Source: Nageia nagi
Taxonomy: Eukaryota > Plantae > Pinophyta
Direction: 5' to 3'
Length of the DNA: 64,000 nt
Assembly (NCBI GenBank): GCA_050084985.1
Contig: JBITNC010000001.1
Location: 150,350,001-150,414,000, forward strand
A model generated the notes under the pieces. That model was not told where the DNA came from, made no database searches, and saw only the letters and a list, made by a program, of their open reading frames with translations. Shown piece after piece: positions 47,617-60,678 of the stretch. The translations under genes and the position numbers were made by a program. The stretch's first letter is position 1; each line of letters starts with the position of its first letter.

Positions 47617-49870
47617 TTTGAAAACGAGAAAAATCTTGAATACAACTACAAGAATCTTCTCCCACGGTAGACAAAGTCACAAATGACGGTGGATGGACAA
47701 ATGCAGCATCCAAGTCAAGAAGTCAATCTCTTTGCTTGCACAAAACCCTCCTCGAGCTACACTATCTTTTCCCAGACCTGCACTACAAAAATGAAAAATT
47801 AGAAACTCAAACTGGGTGTTTTCCATTTTGTTTCGGTGCTGCTACTGTCTGCCTGCAAATTTGTGGTGAATCGCTGCTACTGTCTGCCTGGCGATTGTTT
47901 TCCCAAAAATTTGGCTTGCTTAGGAAAAACAGTTCTGCTACTGTCCTGAGGCGAATTCGGGACGAATTTGATGAATTCCGGATGAATTTTCGCCAAAAAA
48001 TGCCAAACTTGACAAATTTAACTCTGATGACACGGCAGTTCTGTTTTGGCAACTTTTTCCCGAACTTGGCAAACTTTAGACAAATTTTCGAGATAAATTC
48101 AGGGGCAAAAATTCGGCAAGGAATTGGGCGAATTTTAGGGAAAAATTCGAGGAGGTTTCAAATTTGTTGAATTCGGTGAGTATTCATCAAATTCGGCGAA
48201 TTAATATATTATGGTATAATCTGCTAGGAGGGCATTTTGTTCCCTCACGACCCCAGGCTTCACGTTTGGACATACCTTGACATTATCTCTGAGTAACTTC
48301 ATCCAGTGGTATTTGAGAGGCAGTTTATGCTTCCATAATTTTTTTCCCCACAAAAATTACAGTTCAACTCACCCTTTCTTTGCTCTTTCCTTTCCATACT
48401 TTCATGTTGTCTCATTTTCCTATCATTTTATGGCTGCACATGGAAACAATAAGCAAGTAGTCAGAAACTTCAAAAAAGAAAAAAAAAAAAATCTAGAGTG
48501 TCTAGCAGTGACAGGTTGAGTGGCTGTTAAATTGATGCAAATTGTAAATTTAAAAAAATTGGATTTAGGATGCAATTGACTGTTTCTGTTGGTCTGATTT
48601 CACATTTTCTCTACTCTCTCTCCAAGTGGAAACAGAAAAACTGAGGCAGTTTGGGAAAGAAAAGCAATTTACAACATTTTCACATCACTTTCCAATGCCA
48701 GCTGAGTTTTTTCTTGAACTCGGGGATTTTTTTTTACTTGTTAGTCAAAACAAGTCACGTGTAAAAAACCTTGCCGAGTTGAGCCCAAAAAACTTGGGAG
48801 GGCCAACTTGGGCGGGGCTTGTTGTTGAATTTTGTAACCATGGTATTACAAACTTTGTCAGCTTCAACAATCAAGTATTATAGAGCTTGATTAAAGATCA
48901 CCGGTTTTCAACTCAAACATTAAATGGTAATTTACAATATTATTTGTTACTTATCTAACTTGACCTACCATTCAACCCTCAAGAAGGAAATATTTTTGAT
49001 CAGCAAGGGCATGTTTAATGCCCTGTTAACTGATCATTAATTGTACCGGGACACTGGAAGGGGGTAGCTCCTTGTGGTACCCATAATGTTTCACTTGTAT
49101 ATATAATTATTGTCCTAGATCTATAAATAATATCCCATATTAACTTTTAATGTGTAGTCCTGTAAATCCCAATGGAGACATTACCGTCTACTACAGAAAA
49201 CAGAGTATTACTATTATGTGACAACTGAAGATTCACCAAGATGATGAAGAATTCTGTCATTTTTTTAAGCCAGAACAACTCATTGTGCCCAGAATCCCTT
49301 ATAGATATCTTGTTCATGACAGCAATTGAGTTGGTCTTTTGTGGCACATATGATCAAGCTGCAGATATTAGAGGCCTTCAATTTTCTCTCCTGTGTATAA
49401 ATGCATTTTTATATCTGATTTTGTAATCAATGCATTGACCTGTATAGCTGCCTTTGAATGAATGTTAAAATAAAAAATTTATCCTAATACAACTTAAGCT
49501 ATATAGACACTCAAAACTTATTGTTAAAATTTGCCAGATATATTTTTCATTCTTGTGTTTATAATCATATATCCAATTTCATTTCTTAAACATATAAGAA
49601 TTTGGAAAACGAAACCAGAAAGTTGAGAAAGGCTAGAATATATTTCATTAAAAGAGTATTTTCAATTTATAATCACTTTTACGCACATACAAAGGAATAT
49701 TTCTTATTCTTTGTTCTGATGCATTCCTTCTTTTCTCCACATGGCTGCTGTGTCACATATAGCTGGTAATATTTATTTAACAAACATTCACCTCTCTGTA
49801 AGCTGGTTTTATTTCACAGCATATGTTGATGTTAGCAATGATCTGAGATTGGTATGTGTTTTTCTTGCAG

Positions 49871-50104
49871 AGAAATTATCTCTTCTTCTTCATGTTTGTT
49901 GCTTCATCAACTCTTCTGTGCATTTATGTGTTTGCAATGTCAGCATTGTATATCAAGTTCCTAATGGATGGTGATGCGGGCACTGTTTGGGAGGCAATGA
50001 GACAATCTCCACCATCAGTGCTACTAATGATGTACACGTTTATTTCTGTTTGGTTTGTTGGTGGTCTCACTATTTTTCATTTGTACCTGATAAGCATCAA
50101 TCAG
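49871..50104 (+). CDS. PAT8: DHHC protein S-acyltransferase, exon 4 (TM3-TM4)
   Basis: TTGCAG acceptor, RNYLFFFMFVASSTLLCIYVF..WFVGGLTIFHLYLISINQ, GTAGGT donor. 234 nt. Confidence 0.95.
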
Positions 50105-51415
50105 GTAGGTGTAAACCAAAGGCCTTTTCAGGTTTTATCTGACTAGAAGAGATCTCTATGTATTGCATTTCAAAGAAAAAATGTCATATAGTGTAATTCA
50201 TTTTAGATGCAAATAAATAAGTTTTGTACAGCAGCTTAGAAGTTTCTTCTTCATATCTTCTGAAAACAGAAAATATATAACAATTGCATAAAAGGGTTTC
50301 AAATTATCCTTTTTATTATTCGTACATAATACAAGATATCCAATAAGAGAAATCACAGGGTAGAGTGTACAACATTTTCAGCAAACTCTGAAAAAGACAA
50401 GGAGTAGACTAAGTTTGCTTATCCATAAATGTGTTTCCTATAAAAGGTTGTTGCTTATCCTTGTTGCATTAGCTGGCTCCTTCCTAGGGGTTATTGTTCA
50501 ACCATTGCCCCTTGCTTCAGACAAATCATAGTTTGCCCATATCTTTCCTTCTGTGGAGTTGGTTTTATGGTTCATAGCAACATATACAATTGCCACTTGT
50601 GTCTTGATCATGATTTTGATATCTTGCAGGTTGGTGGAACTGTATGAGTTGTGGGGATGGTGACTAATTAGTTCTCTTGATTGCCTCTAAAAAGCTTTAG
50701 AGACCATTGGATGGAAAGTTTAACTTGACTTGACATGAAGGTGGTCTGGTTATTCTCAACATTAGAACCCAAGAGCCTGTCCTTGGAAAGTGCATTGTAA
50801 GAGTGGAGGATGTATCACCATGGCAGATTCTCCTTAGATATCAGATTCATTCAGCCGGAAGCAATGGGGGTACTAGAGGCCCTTTTCAACTTGATGATGT
50901 ATCTGTAATGCCAACTCCTTTTGTGTTTTTTAGCTTGTTTCCTACTAGAAAAACCAAGATCTTTCAAAATAAGCAACAGTCAGGTATCAACCAAGTTTTT
51001 AGTGTTCTGGAAAAGAAAAACCAAGATCTTTCAAAATGATAAAGAAGGCATATTGGAAAAAGTAACAATTAATCATCATACTTGAAAAGTAAAAAAGGCA
51101 ATTTAAAAAAGTGATCCTTTAGAAAGAGTACTTTTACTATTGTTGTTGATGAAAATGATGCCATCTGAAAAATATTAAAGCAAATAAGCTATTATTATTA
51201 TTGAGCTTTTTTGGAAATAGCAATGCTAGAATCAATTGGACACTGCAATTATCTCCTTCAAGGGATGAACACAAATATTAAAACTCACAATATCAATAAA
51301 ATAATCCACCACAACAACAAAAAGGGTAAATGCAGAAAAAAATATCAAAGGGATGATGAAGACTTGTTGGGGAAATTGTAGATGTTAATCTTAAAACGGG
51401 TTGGAGATTAGAATA

Positions 51416-54400
51416 TGTTAATGTTGACTAGTAGACTTTGGGTAAACAGGGCCCACATATTATAATAATGTTGTTCTTGCTGTAATTTGTGTCCTTTACT
51501 GTGGGCAACTTGTAGAATCTACGATTAGAGTGGAATATTGATGCTTATAAATACAAAGACTTATTCCATTTCAATATAATTTGTGTTCCATGTGATCACT
51601 TATCATGTATCCTTCATTGTTAGAGATATTTTTCCCCATTTGGCATATCTTCTTCATTGTTGTGGATATTTTTGTTTTGTGATATTTCATTGCTTTGTGT
51701 TTTCATTTCTTTATGTCCTGCTTCAACAAGTTCTTCAGTATATTGCCTCTGTATTGTATTCTGTTAGTTTTATTAGTTGTGTGGGTGATCCAAAGTTTGG
51801 TTTTTGTTTGAGAACAAATATTCAATTTTTCATACATTATCAGTGTTCAAGGATCTTCATTACAAGCCCTTATCGAGACTGCGTTGACTCAGATATTTTT
51901 GGTGAACATTTGGAGGAATTTTCTATGTTTCATCATGCGTTGGCTTGGGTTCAGGTTCAACTAGGCTTATTTGAATTTTGAAGCAGATTCAACATTCAGC
52001 AACCATGTTATGGCAATATTCATTTTCCCTAAAATCGCCATATCTTAGGATCCTTGCAGAATTTTCAGTGAACTTTGTTGTTTTTTTGGAATTGTCAATT
52101 CTTTAGGTTGGACCTGAAAATTTGGTCGAGTATGCATTGAGTTGATTCAATCTGAGCAGATGCCCTATTTGAATAATCACTTTTGTTTCCATCACCTTCA
52201 AAATGTTTTGGTGGTTTTTGTAGTGGACCTGAAGATTTGTCCAAGTCTGCTTTGAGTTGATCCAGTCTGAACAGGAGTCCTAGTTTTGAAGAATCTTGAT
52301 ATCTCCATCACCTTTCAGAATGTGTTGCTGTTTTCTGGAGTGTTATAAATGGTTATTATGACACTTATATAATCCAGAATTTACCCTATTTGGAATTGCT
52401 TTGATTGAGTTATTGCGATTTTTCAGTATTTCAATTTTTTTTTCTTGAAGATGCTATCTTGTGAAAATTTCAGTGTTTCACATTTTTGGAAGGCTTGTGA
52501 AATATTGGTGGGGGTTTCTTTTTTGGCATTTTTGAATTTTGAGCTGTTTTCACCCTGAATATCAAGTTCAAAGCTTCAGTCCAATGAGAAAGAATCAGGT
52601 GATTTGTGTTTAGCGCACAATTTTGAAGGCAATCTTCTGAAGACCATAACTTTTTATTCAGCAATAGTTTTCTAATGCCATTTGTTTAGATTCTGTATAT
52701 TTTAAGCTCTATGCAATGGTTTGGTCTTAAGGATGATTGTACTTCTGTTTTAAGCAAAATGAGTTATCTTTTGAAAGGTCTTGGCTTTGGTACATAATGA
52801 GGTAATCTTATTTTTTATTTTTGTACTTATGGTTCATATAAAACGGTGTACACTTGGGGTTCTCTGAAACTTCATGGGCATGGTAACTAGCACTTTTCGA
52901 AAAGAGATATGCATTCCTCTTCTTATTTATCAAAGGTTAATGGAGATGTATTAACAATGATAAGGTGCAAAATTGTACCAGTTATGATAACAGAATCGGA
53001 AAACAGAATAATTTTTGCCTCCCTGTGATTGGGCTTGCACCATGATCTCATGCACTTTGCGTCTTTTGACAGCAAAAGTGGTCGACAGGAAGTTAGATGA
53101 CATTACAAGTAAAATTTGATTTTGAAGACTTTGATGATGAGGATGGACCATGTGATTCCTCTCCTCCAAAATCTAGTCCTTTTTTTGAGAAAGATTATTC
53201 CATTTTTGAAAGCTTCAATTTAGAAAATGTTTGGTATAATTCTTATCCATATGTCTTTTACCCAAAAGTTTCAATGGAGGTAATAATTGCCTTTGTGATT
53301 CAGATAGGTAAGATTCTGAAGATTCTTATTTTTGGGGATTCATCACTTTCTCATACTTTTCTACATACCTCTTAGTTTAACAAGGGTTTTGGTGATGATG
53401 AAAGAAATATGAAGGTAGATGATGCAACAGATAATCCTTTTCCATGCTTCTTATATTTCAAGAAGATTTTAGTGACTTTTCCAACATTTCATGTTTGGAG
53501 GTTAATGGTTCTGAAATTTTTTTATCAGTTCTCTCGTAATTAAAGTGCAAAATTACATTGATTTCTTTAGGCCATCCATGTTTGAGGAAATATGCGAGGA
53601 CAATTATATCATTTTCTTTGAACCTTCCTTGCTTGATGAGAATCATGTTTGTCATTATAGTCACTTCTTTAATTCGTTATCTTGGTTTACTTTCCCTTGA
53701 TTCATGAAATGGAAATAGGCTATTGAGGATCCCCCATTGGGAGAGGGGTATTGTGATGATTCTTATTGCGTACAATGTGTTGTAATGTGAGCAAAGTATA
53801 ATTTAGACTGTCATACCCTAGATTTTGTTGATGTTAATATTTCTGCTTCATTGAGGAAGGGCGTTTCAATATTCTTTTTTTCATTCATGATGTTGATAGC
53901 ATATCTTTTAGTTTTTTCCCTTCTTTCGGAAAAGGGTAACTTTATCATATACGAGATAATACACCTACTATTGATGAGAGAAGATTGTTCTTGGGATATG
54001 TCAGAAATTTTGATAAACTACTGATGGTAACTATGGTTCCAATGAGATATTTGCACTTTAACAAGAATATATTGCTTGATCATGTTTGCTCCTCTGCATC
54101 TAAGGAGACACATGCTTCAGCTAGGTTTCAGGGGAGAGTGATGGTGGTGATCACTACCATATTGATGGGCCCATTTCATATGCCTTGGTTTGGCCCTTCT
54201 ATGCATGTTGGATTTATATGAAGACCTATATTCTTTTTAAGCCTTCTATTCCAACAACATGGGATACTTTCTTGAGGTATGAGGAACCTGATGATTGTAA
54301 TCTCGATGGCATCTTCAGAGAGGCTTATGGGGAAAGAGCTTCAAACACCAACTATTTGTGGCTATCATAGTGTACTTACTAATCTTATTTGAGACAAGGC

Positions 54401-54640
54401 TTCTTCAGCTATGGGTTGATTCATCACGGATAGGACTGTATAGCTATTGATCATGGATAGGGCAATGTATCTATTGATCCTGGAGGAGGCAGTGTGCCTA
54501 TTGAGTTCAAACTTCAAACATAGCAATATTGTGTTCAACGCCTTTGAAAGTCATCATTAGAGGGGGGAATGGATTATGTTAATATTGACAAGTGGACTTT
54601 GGGTCAAATGAGCCTGCACATTGTGATGTGTTTGTCAGTA
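51416..54640 (+). mobile_element. Old non-autonomous LTR element (no recognisable coding capacity)
   Basis: Direct repeat TGTTAATRTTGAC.AGTRGACTTTGGGT at 51416 and 54577. PPT AGAGGGGGGAA at 54559-54569. Second LTR truncated. Confidence 0.55.
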
Positions 54641-54769
54641 AGGTTATATAGACCTTATAATATCTATTAGTGACTAAGGAGCTATAGACCTTATGAGATG
54701 TGCAAGTGAACGTGTTAGTTATTGCGGGAAAGTCAAGCTTAGTCAACTAGAAAAAATATAAAATATTGT

Positions 54770-57550
54770 TTTTCTGAACATACCCCTTCAAGATTGACCG
54801 AGTAACACAAATAATGACAAAAGGTGTAACTCTCTTATACCCTCCTTAATGACGACATCAGCACAAGTATTTGCAAAAGCTGTTGGAGCCTTGCCTCTGC
54901 CAATGCTTTGGCGAAGATCCATACCTATTGCTAATTCTTCAATTATGATGAGAACTGAAGTTGTCTTCTACTACTACTTTCCACAAGGCCTAACCATGGT
55001 ACCAAAATAATTGTGATCATAGGGCAATGAAATTTTCCAAATACTTCAGACAGAATATATTAAGGCTCCCTAGACTGGAACAAAGATATCTCTATCAACA
55101 TAATCCTTATGACAAACATGGTTCAAACTTCACATGACCAATGTGGCACTGTTTAGCCTCATCGTGCCCTTGAACATGTCATCCATCACCAAATATTGAA
55201 GGTCTAAAAGTCAACATATGCAATATCACAGAATCACATATAGCAAGATCCTAACATCAACATGATTCCTCCTGAAACTCAATGGGAGGAACAATAATAT
55301 GGCTCTTCTTAGGATAGATGGATAATCATGTGAACCTTGTTCATCTCAATAATGCCTCTAAATGCTAGTGTGTTATCAAAAATATGGCTGTGTTTAAGAA
55401 TCAAGAACACACCAATACTTCAAATTTGAAACAAATCAAATGTATGAGACTTACACTTGTTGATGTTTTAAATGACTTGCAAGAACACTTTTGTCAACAA
55501 TTAAATCACTATAATGCCCTTCCACACTCATAACAGGATGTCAGGAACATTACTGTTACCCTCCTCTCTACATTGTGAGGAATATAACTTTTACCATCAG
55601 CAGGAACATCCTCCTCACTCGTGGAAGGCTCTAAAGAGGTTGTCTCACATAGGAAAATCTCAGGAGCCTCACATTAACAAAGATCAAAATATGAGAACAT
55701 GTAATTAGATCTATCATCAAGATCAGCACTATCTTTCCAATCATTATCATCATTGTTATTGTTATCACTCCTTCTCCATCATGCCATCCCATGATGTCCA
55801 CCTCAAAGGAAAAGGAGGTTAGCAGAAAATGTAGTTGAAACTCAGCCAAACTGATTACACCAACGTGTTAAGCCCAAATAAATACACAATTTGAAATAAA
55901 AAAAGATCACATCCAAATGTTTATGGTTGAAAAGTCATGATGTTTTGTAAGTCACAGATAATGAGCACACATGAGCAAATTAAACCTTACAAAAATTGAT
56001 CATCTGAAGAATTCCGCTGTAGCTCTCATTGATTGGTTTTGATAATGTGGTGCTGAGATATCTTGGAACAGCTTCTAACTGCTCTGTGTGGAGCTCCAAG
56101 TGGCAATAGCTGATGATAACTGTTGTATATGATGATTCTAAATTGCACTTAAATGATAAATCTCATAATTTTAAAAATTTAACTGGAACACTGATTACCA
56201 GGCGTCAGCATGCTGAAGCTCCAATGTTGATCAAGAACTTAGGTTCCTTGGAAAAGTGCACACACCTTATATCTTTGTTGGTAAAGGTGAGGGATGAGGA
56301 TTGAATGAATGATTTTCTCTATATAGGTCACAAGTCGTAACCACCTGGACTATTACCCACAGCTAGTTAAGATTGCATGCCACTTTGATATGGCCCATCA
56401 TGTATTGAGAGGCATAACATGCTGTGTTTCATTCCATCCACACAACTATACCAGACAGTGCAGCATGTGTATCACACAAGTTTTCTGTGAAGCCCATAGT
56501 AGAAGAAAAACTATTATGCAGATTCTTTGAATGATACTGCTGGTCAGGATCAGATGCAGGTGGGTGTCTAAGGGAGCACCAATTACATAAATTAAATTCT
56601 GTGGGTTTCATCAAGCTTGAAAACTCACACAAAACCTGATCCTGAAGCAAGCTTGTACACTAAGCATAGTCTGATCAACCAGATGAACTGCAATAAAACA
56701 AGAATCTGAATAGGCTAGTGTTGGTATATTACAGATATACATTTCTAATATTTTGAGTACAACATTATAGGCAACCCTTAGATAGGATTCATTTGGAGAA
56801 TCTATTTAAGAGAATGAGAAGGGAGAGGATTGACCATTATTCAAAGTGATTTAGACTGGCCTCTGTCTACCAAAACAAATGGATTATGCCCTTCTTATGG
56901 CCTGACTGAAGTCAAATCCTATTCGTTGAATCCTTTTCTGGGAAGGTTTCCAGGAAAAGATCATATGTTGGTCAGGATGAAATCTTGATTCAGATCAATT
57001 TTCAAGGTCTGCTGAAATTATTGATGCTAAATCTGCATTTGACATGGAACTATAACATAGACAACACAGTAAATGTCTATTCTAATATATACTTGGACAA
57101 AATAGGGCAAATACATGCTCAGACAGTAGAGACTTGGTTGAACTATAGACATATACTATAGTAGGGTTTTATAGAGTAGCCAAATCCACACAAACTAAAT
57201 AAGAAATAGTGAAAAAATAATAGTAGAGATATATAACACTTGATAAAGGAAAAGAGCCAACATGATATATGGTGGGTCATAGTCCTAAAGCTCTGTTTAT
57301 TTATAAAGATATAAAATACTTTATTACAATCCCATATGAGAAGTATGGTGGCACAAATATCAAATATATCCCATTCAACTATTCATAGGTAAAGGTGCAT
57401 CTTATCATAACAAGAGGCAACCTCTCATATATTAAAACGTTAGGGTTTTTCTCACTTAAAGGATATTTCCTATATATGTATGTATGTATTAAATAATTAA
57501 TGGTATATATTAGGTGTTTTTCAACTTATTTTCACAAACATTTAAGCCTA
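54770..57550 (-). mobile_element. Highly degraded Ty1/copia remnant
   Basis: Minus strand RNase H tail IFAKALAEARLQQL followed by TTGAAGGGGTA-TGTT (PPT/LTR) near 54.78-54.92 kb. PBS-like GCTCTG and LTR-like AT-rich DNA near 57.29-57.55 kb. Right part uncertain. Confidence 0.45.
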
Positions 57551-58112
57551 AAACATATTGCCTAGAATGCTTGCGATTTTGGCAGTTCTGCGTATTACCG
57601 TACTCAAATGTCAGTTACTATGTTGTCCCGCCACTATTGCACCTTTGATCACGTCCTCTCTCCAGCATGCTAGAACTACTTGGAGAGCTAAGTGTTTGGC
57701 ACCGAAAATTGATAGTCATAGATATAGTAAGTATTTCCCTTCTACTTACTCTATTCGACATTCAAACCAGCCTAAATTTGAGAGGCCCCGAGTTGCTCAT
57801 CCGTGGCATCAACAGAGTAACCCCCGCATATGGATGGATTAACACCTTTGCCCCTACCATGGTGTCCTTGGCCTGGGATGAGAAGAGAGTTGTATCCCCA
57901 AAACCATGTGATACTGTTAGGATGCCACAACAGATCATCCCCCAGGGACCCATTAGCTTGGGCCATCCTCCAAAGCATACTATTAGACAAGCGCTTGACA
58001 TAGGCATTTTGGCACTAACTCGTTGAGATTCACTAATGGTTTTGTACGTCTACCTTAGAAGAAAACCTCATGGCTGATTTAGTAGTCAAATAGTTTATTT
58101 AGTCTTTCAGAG

Positions 58113-58300
58113 TTTTTTTTATTAGTTGGTAGAAGGGGTGTTGAAAGGACCTCAACCTTTTAACAAAGTGGTTTGGAAATCGACATGTCACCATCATGTG
58201 ACATTTGAGACATCACCATCATGTTAGGGGTGGGATTTGAACATGGGACTCCCTTTATATCATTTTAGAGTTTCCACTCTCATGTTCACCCAACTTCCCA
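58113..58300 (-). mobile_element. SINE-like short retroposon with L1-type 3' tail
   Basis: Minus strand has a B-box-like GTTCAAATCC (58233-58242) and the tail AAAAGGTTGAGGTCCTTTCAA..CTAATAAAAAAAA, shared with the L1 3' end at 2141-2227. Confidence 0.55.
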
Positions 58301-60678
58301 AACATTTCATGATTATTCGTGTAGAGTTCCTTGATTGCACCTCTTGTATAAGTTTTTTGGAGGATGCCTTCACATCTTCTCCTTATCTAGTACCTCTTTG
58401 CTTGCATATTGGGAGATGCCTCTGCACTCCCTCTTTAAGTATTGCATGATTTGATGTATTTAATAGTTCCATTGACTGATTTTGGTCATCCATGGATTTA
58501 TATATTTCTTTGCATTATTTGATGACAAAACTCTCAGAGAAAATCCTAACTGGCTGCCAGATATATGATGGTCACTGTACAAATTATATTTTGTTCACCG
58601 ACCAACTGGTCCTGGGTGAATAACTTGCTTGGATTGGAATTAATTTGTGTGTAAGTTCCAATATATGTTAAACAGTCTATACTTGGCTGTGAGACAAATA
58701 ATATATTTATTTATTGACTGCTTGTATTAAAGATCCACAAGTGTGGGAGGAAAGATATTTATTAGGAACTTGAGTAGATTACAATATTCCTTCTGGTATC
58801 CATATTCAACTTAAAATGGCGAGACCAAGGAGACAAGTTGCACCTGGAACCAATTATGCGCCTGATGTAGAATTTCCTCCATTCCTATCCAATGCTGATC
58901 ATACGAGGAAGGGAGTCTACTTCAGAATACTTGTCACAAAAACATGACTTTCATATGGATATGTCAAATAATTTAATTTGCTGAGAAAGTTTTTGAAAGA
59001 CTAAATGTTCAAGCGGGTGGAAGGAGGTTTTGGCATACATTTGAGAGCAGGAATTGCAACAAAGAGTATTGATATTATGGATCTGCAGGATTTAAACAAA
59101 TTGGATTGTATCTCTGTTTCCACTGTAAGATAATGCTTCTAGGATTATTGATAGCTTTACTAACATCCATTTTATCAGTTTATATATGTACATCCTTATG
59201 CTTGAGCATTTTGATGCTTCTACATCTTAAGTAGGTGTTAGGAACCTCTTGTTTATGTTGTATGGTTTTCTAATTGTTAAGAAACTCTAATTGTTTTAGC
59301 TGTATTGAGATTCATCTTGCCATGATATCTTGTGCTTGTAATGCTATTGTCTACATGCATCATCTGCTGTCTGTAGCTGATCATCTTAAGATCCTTAAAT
59401 CCATAAATGATCTGTTTAAGATCATTGCCTTTACTAGATCTTGTGAGGGAGATTGCTTGAACTTTGAAGTGCAATTTCATGAAAGTTCTGGTTACCATTG
59501 TGTGACCTATGATAAATGTCTCAGAAGAAACTCAAGAAGATTAAAATAAGCAATGAACACAAATTATGTCTAGTCTCTAGATATGGCTGTATCCATAAAG
59601 ATACTGCCTCAATATGGAACTACCATTTCCAATGTATATGTAGAGAATAATAATATCCTTGCACACCTGTATCTATACCCACATCTGTATCAGATATACC
59701 AGATACAGATACGACAGGGATACCTTAGAGCATCTGGGAATCTTATATTTATGTTGATTTATAGATCTATCTCACCACCTGGATGATGAGTTTTCTTAAC
59801 ATCTGATATCAATATCCTTCTGAATCTATGTTAAGATATACAACAGATGTCCATGTTTCCAATAAGATGATAATAAATACTTAAAATATGAAAATAACTT
59901 TCAATTGTTGGATTCATTCAGGTTGTGTGCAGTCCATTTGTGTTTTGTTCAGCCTTCAGCCCACTATCTCTTTTAGGCAGATATAATATGATCAACCTTC
60001 TATTATTTATGTGCTACATAGTTATTATCCTTGCAACAAATATGAAACACACAATCCACATATATATGATGCATTGTGCCTTTTTCATGTTTTGCAGTAA
60101 TGAATATTAAGACATGCAAAATTCCTTTACTAATCAATCATAGTGTCTTGGGCAAGGCTCAATTTACATGACCAAGGTCAAAACCAAGGGTGAATGAATT
60201 TTGAACTTCCCTAACCTAATCAGGTAAAGTTTTCCCTAACCTAATTGGGAAGTTTCTTTTCAGTCTGTCTAATCTACTTAGGCATGCTGTCAACATTAAG
60301 AATTCACTTTTTCTTTCCATATTCTTTATAGAGAAAAAGAACATTGAACTTATTGTCCAGTGGATGGAATATCTCTTTCGATACCTTAATATTTGCATCT
60401 TTCATCTCCATAGGATATGTTTTAAGATTAATCAACTACATGTGCATTTGGTTCTAGACATAATTGACACATTACATTCAATCATATTATATACTTAAAA
60501 TTCAAAACTTGATTCTTAAACATTTTAAAAATAATTCCTGAGAACCAACTCAAAAGTGTTTTCTTGTAGTTTTATACACCGTTCTGTCCAATAATTAAGT
60601 GTAGATTATTACTTGAAATGATATTTTTGTCGGTTATATTTAGCTGTTTTAAAATTTTTATTTCTTCTATGATTGCAG

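Larger units (their letters stand above)
43432..48213 (-). mobile_element. Nested hAT transposon
   Basis: TIRs CATAGTATATTAATTCG / CGAATTAATATATTATG. Degenerate TSD CCATAATT / GTATAATC. AATTCGG subterminal repeats at both ends. Near-complete transposase. Confidence 0.88.
41465..48842 (-). mobile_element. hAT transposon (internally deleted), host of a nested hAT
   Basis: 8-bp TSD GTAGTACA (41457-41464) / GTATTACA (48843-48850). Imperfect TIRs CGTAGTACAAAA / TTTTGTAACCATG. BED remnant ~48.3-48.4 kb, FRPPTYDDFR, HYLDIFLEDI, and the dimerisation motif WSIFEHIHSKKQNRLTQQKLNDLVFVHY at ~42.0-42.1 kb. Confidence 0.8.

Noticed and set aside
47736-48170. 144-aa ORF
   Set aside because: Arises from AATTCGG subterminal repeats of the nested hAT; no protein features.
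50600-50920. Possible gypsy integrase/chromodomain remnant
   Set aside because: Too degenerate to support by eye.
57556-58030. Overlapping ORFs on both strands in a GC-richer patch
   Set aside because: No recognisable domain. Probably a TE fragment, but I cannot assign it.
59575-59740. GATAC/GTATC-rich patch, possible MITE
   Set aside because: No convincing TIR pair or TSD found.
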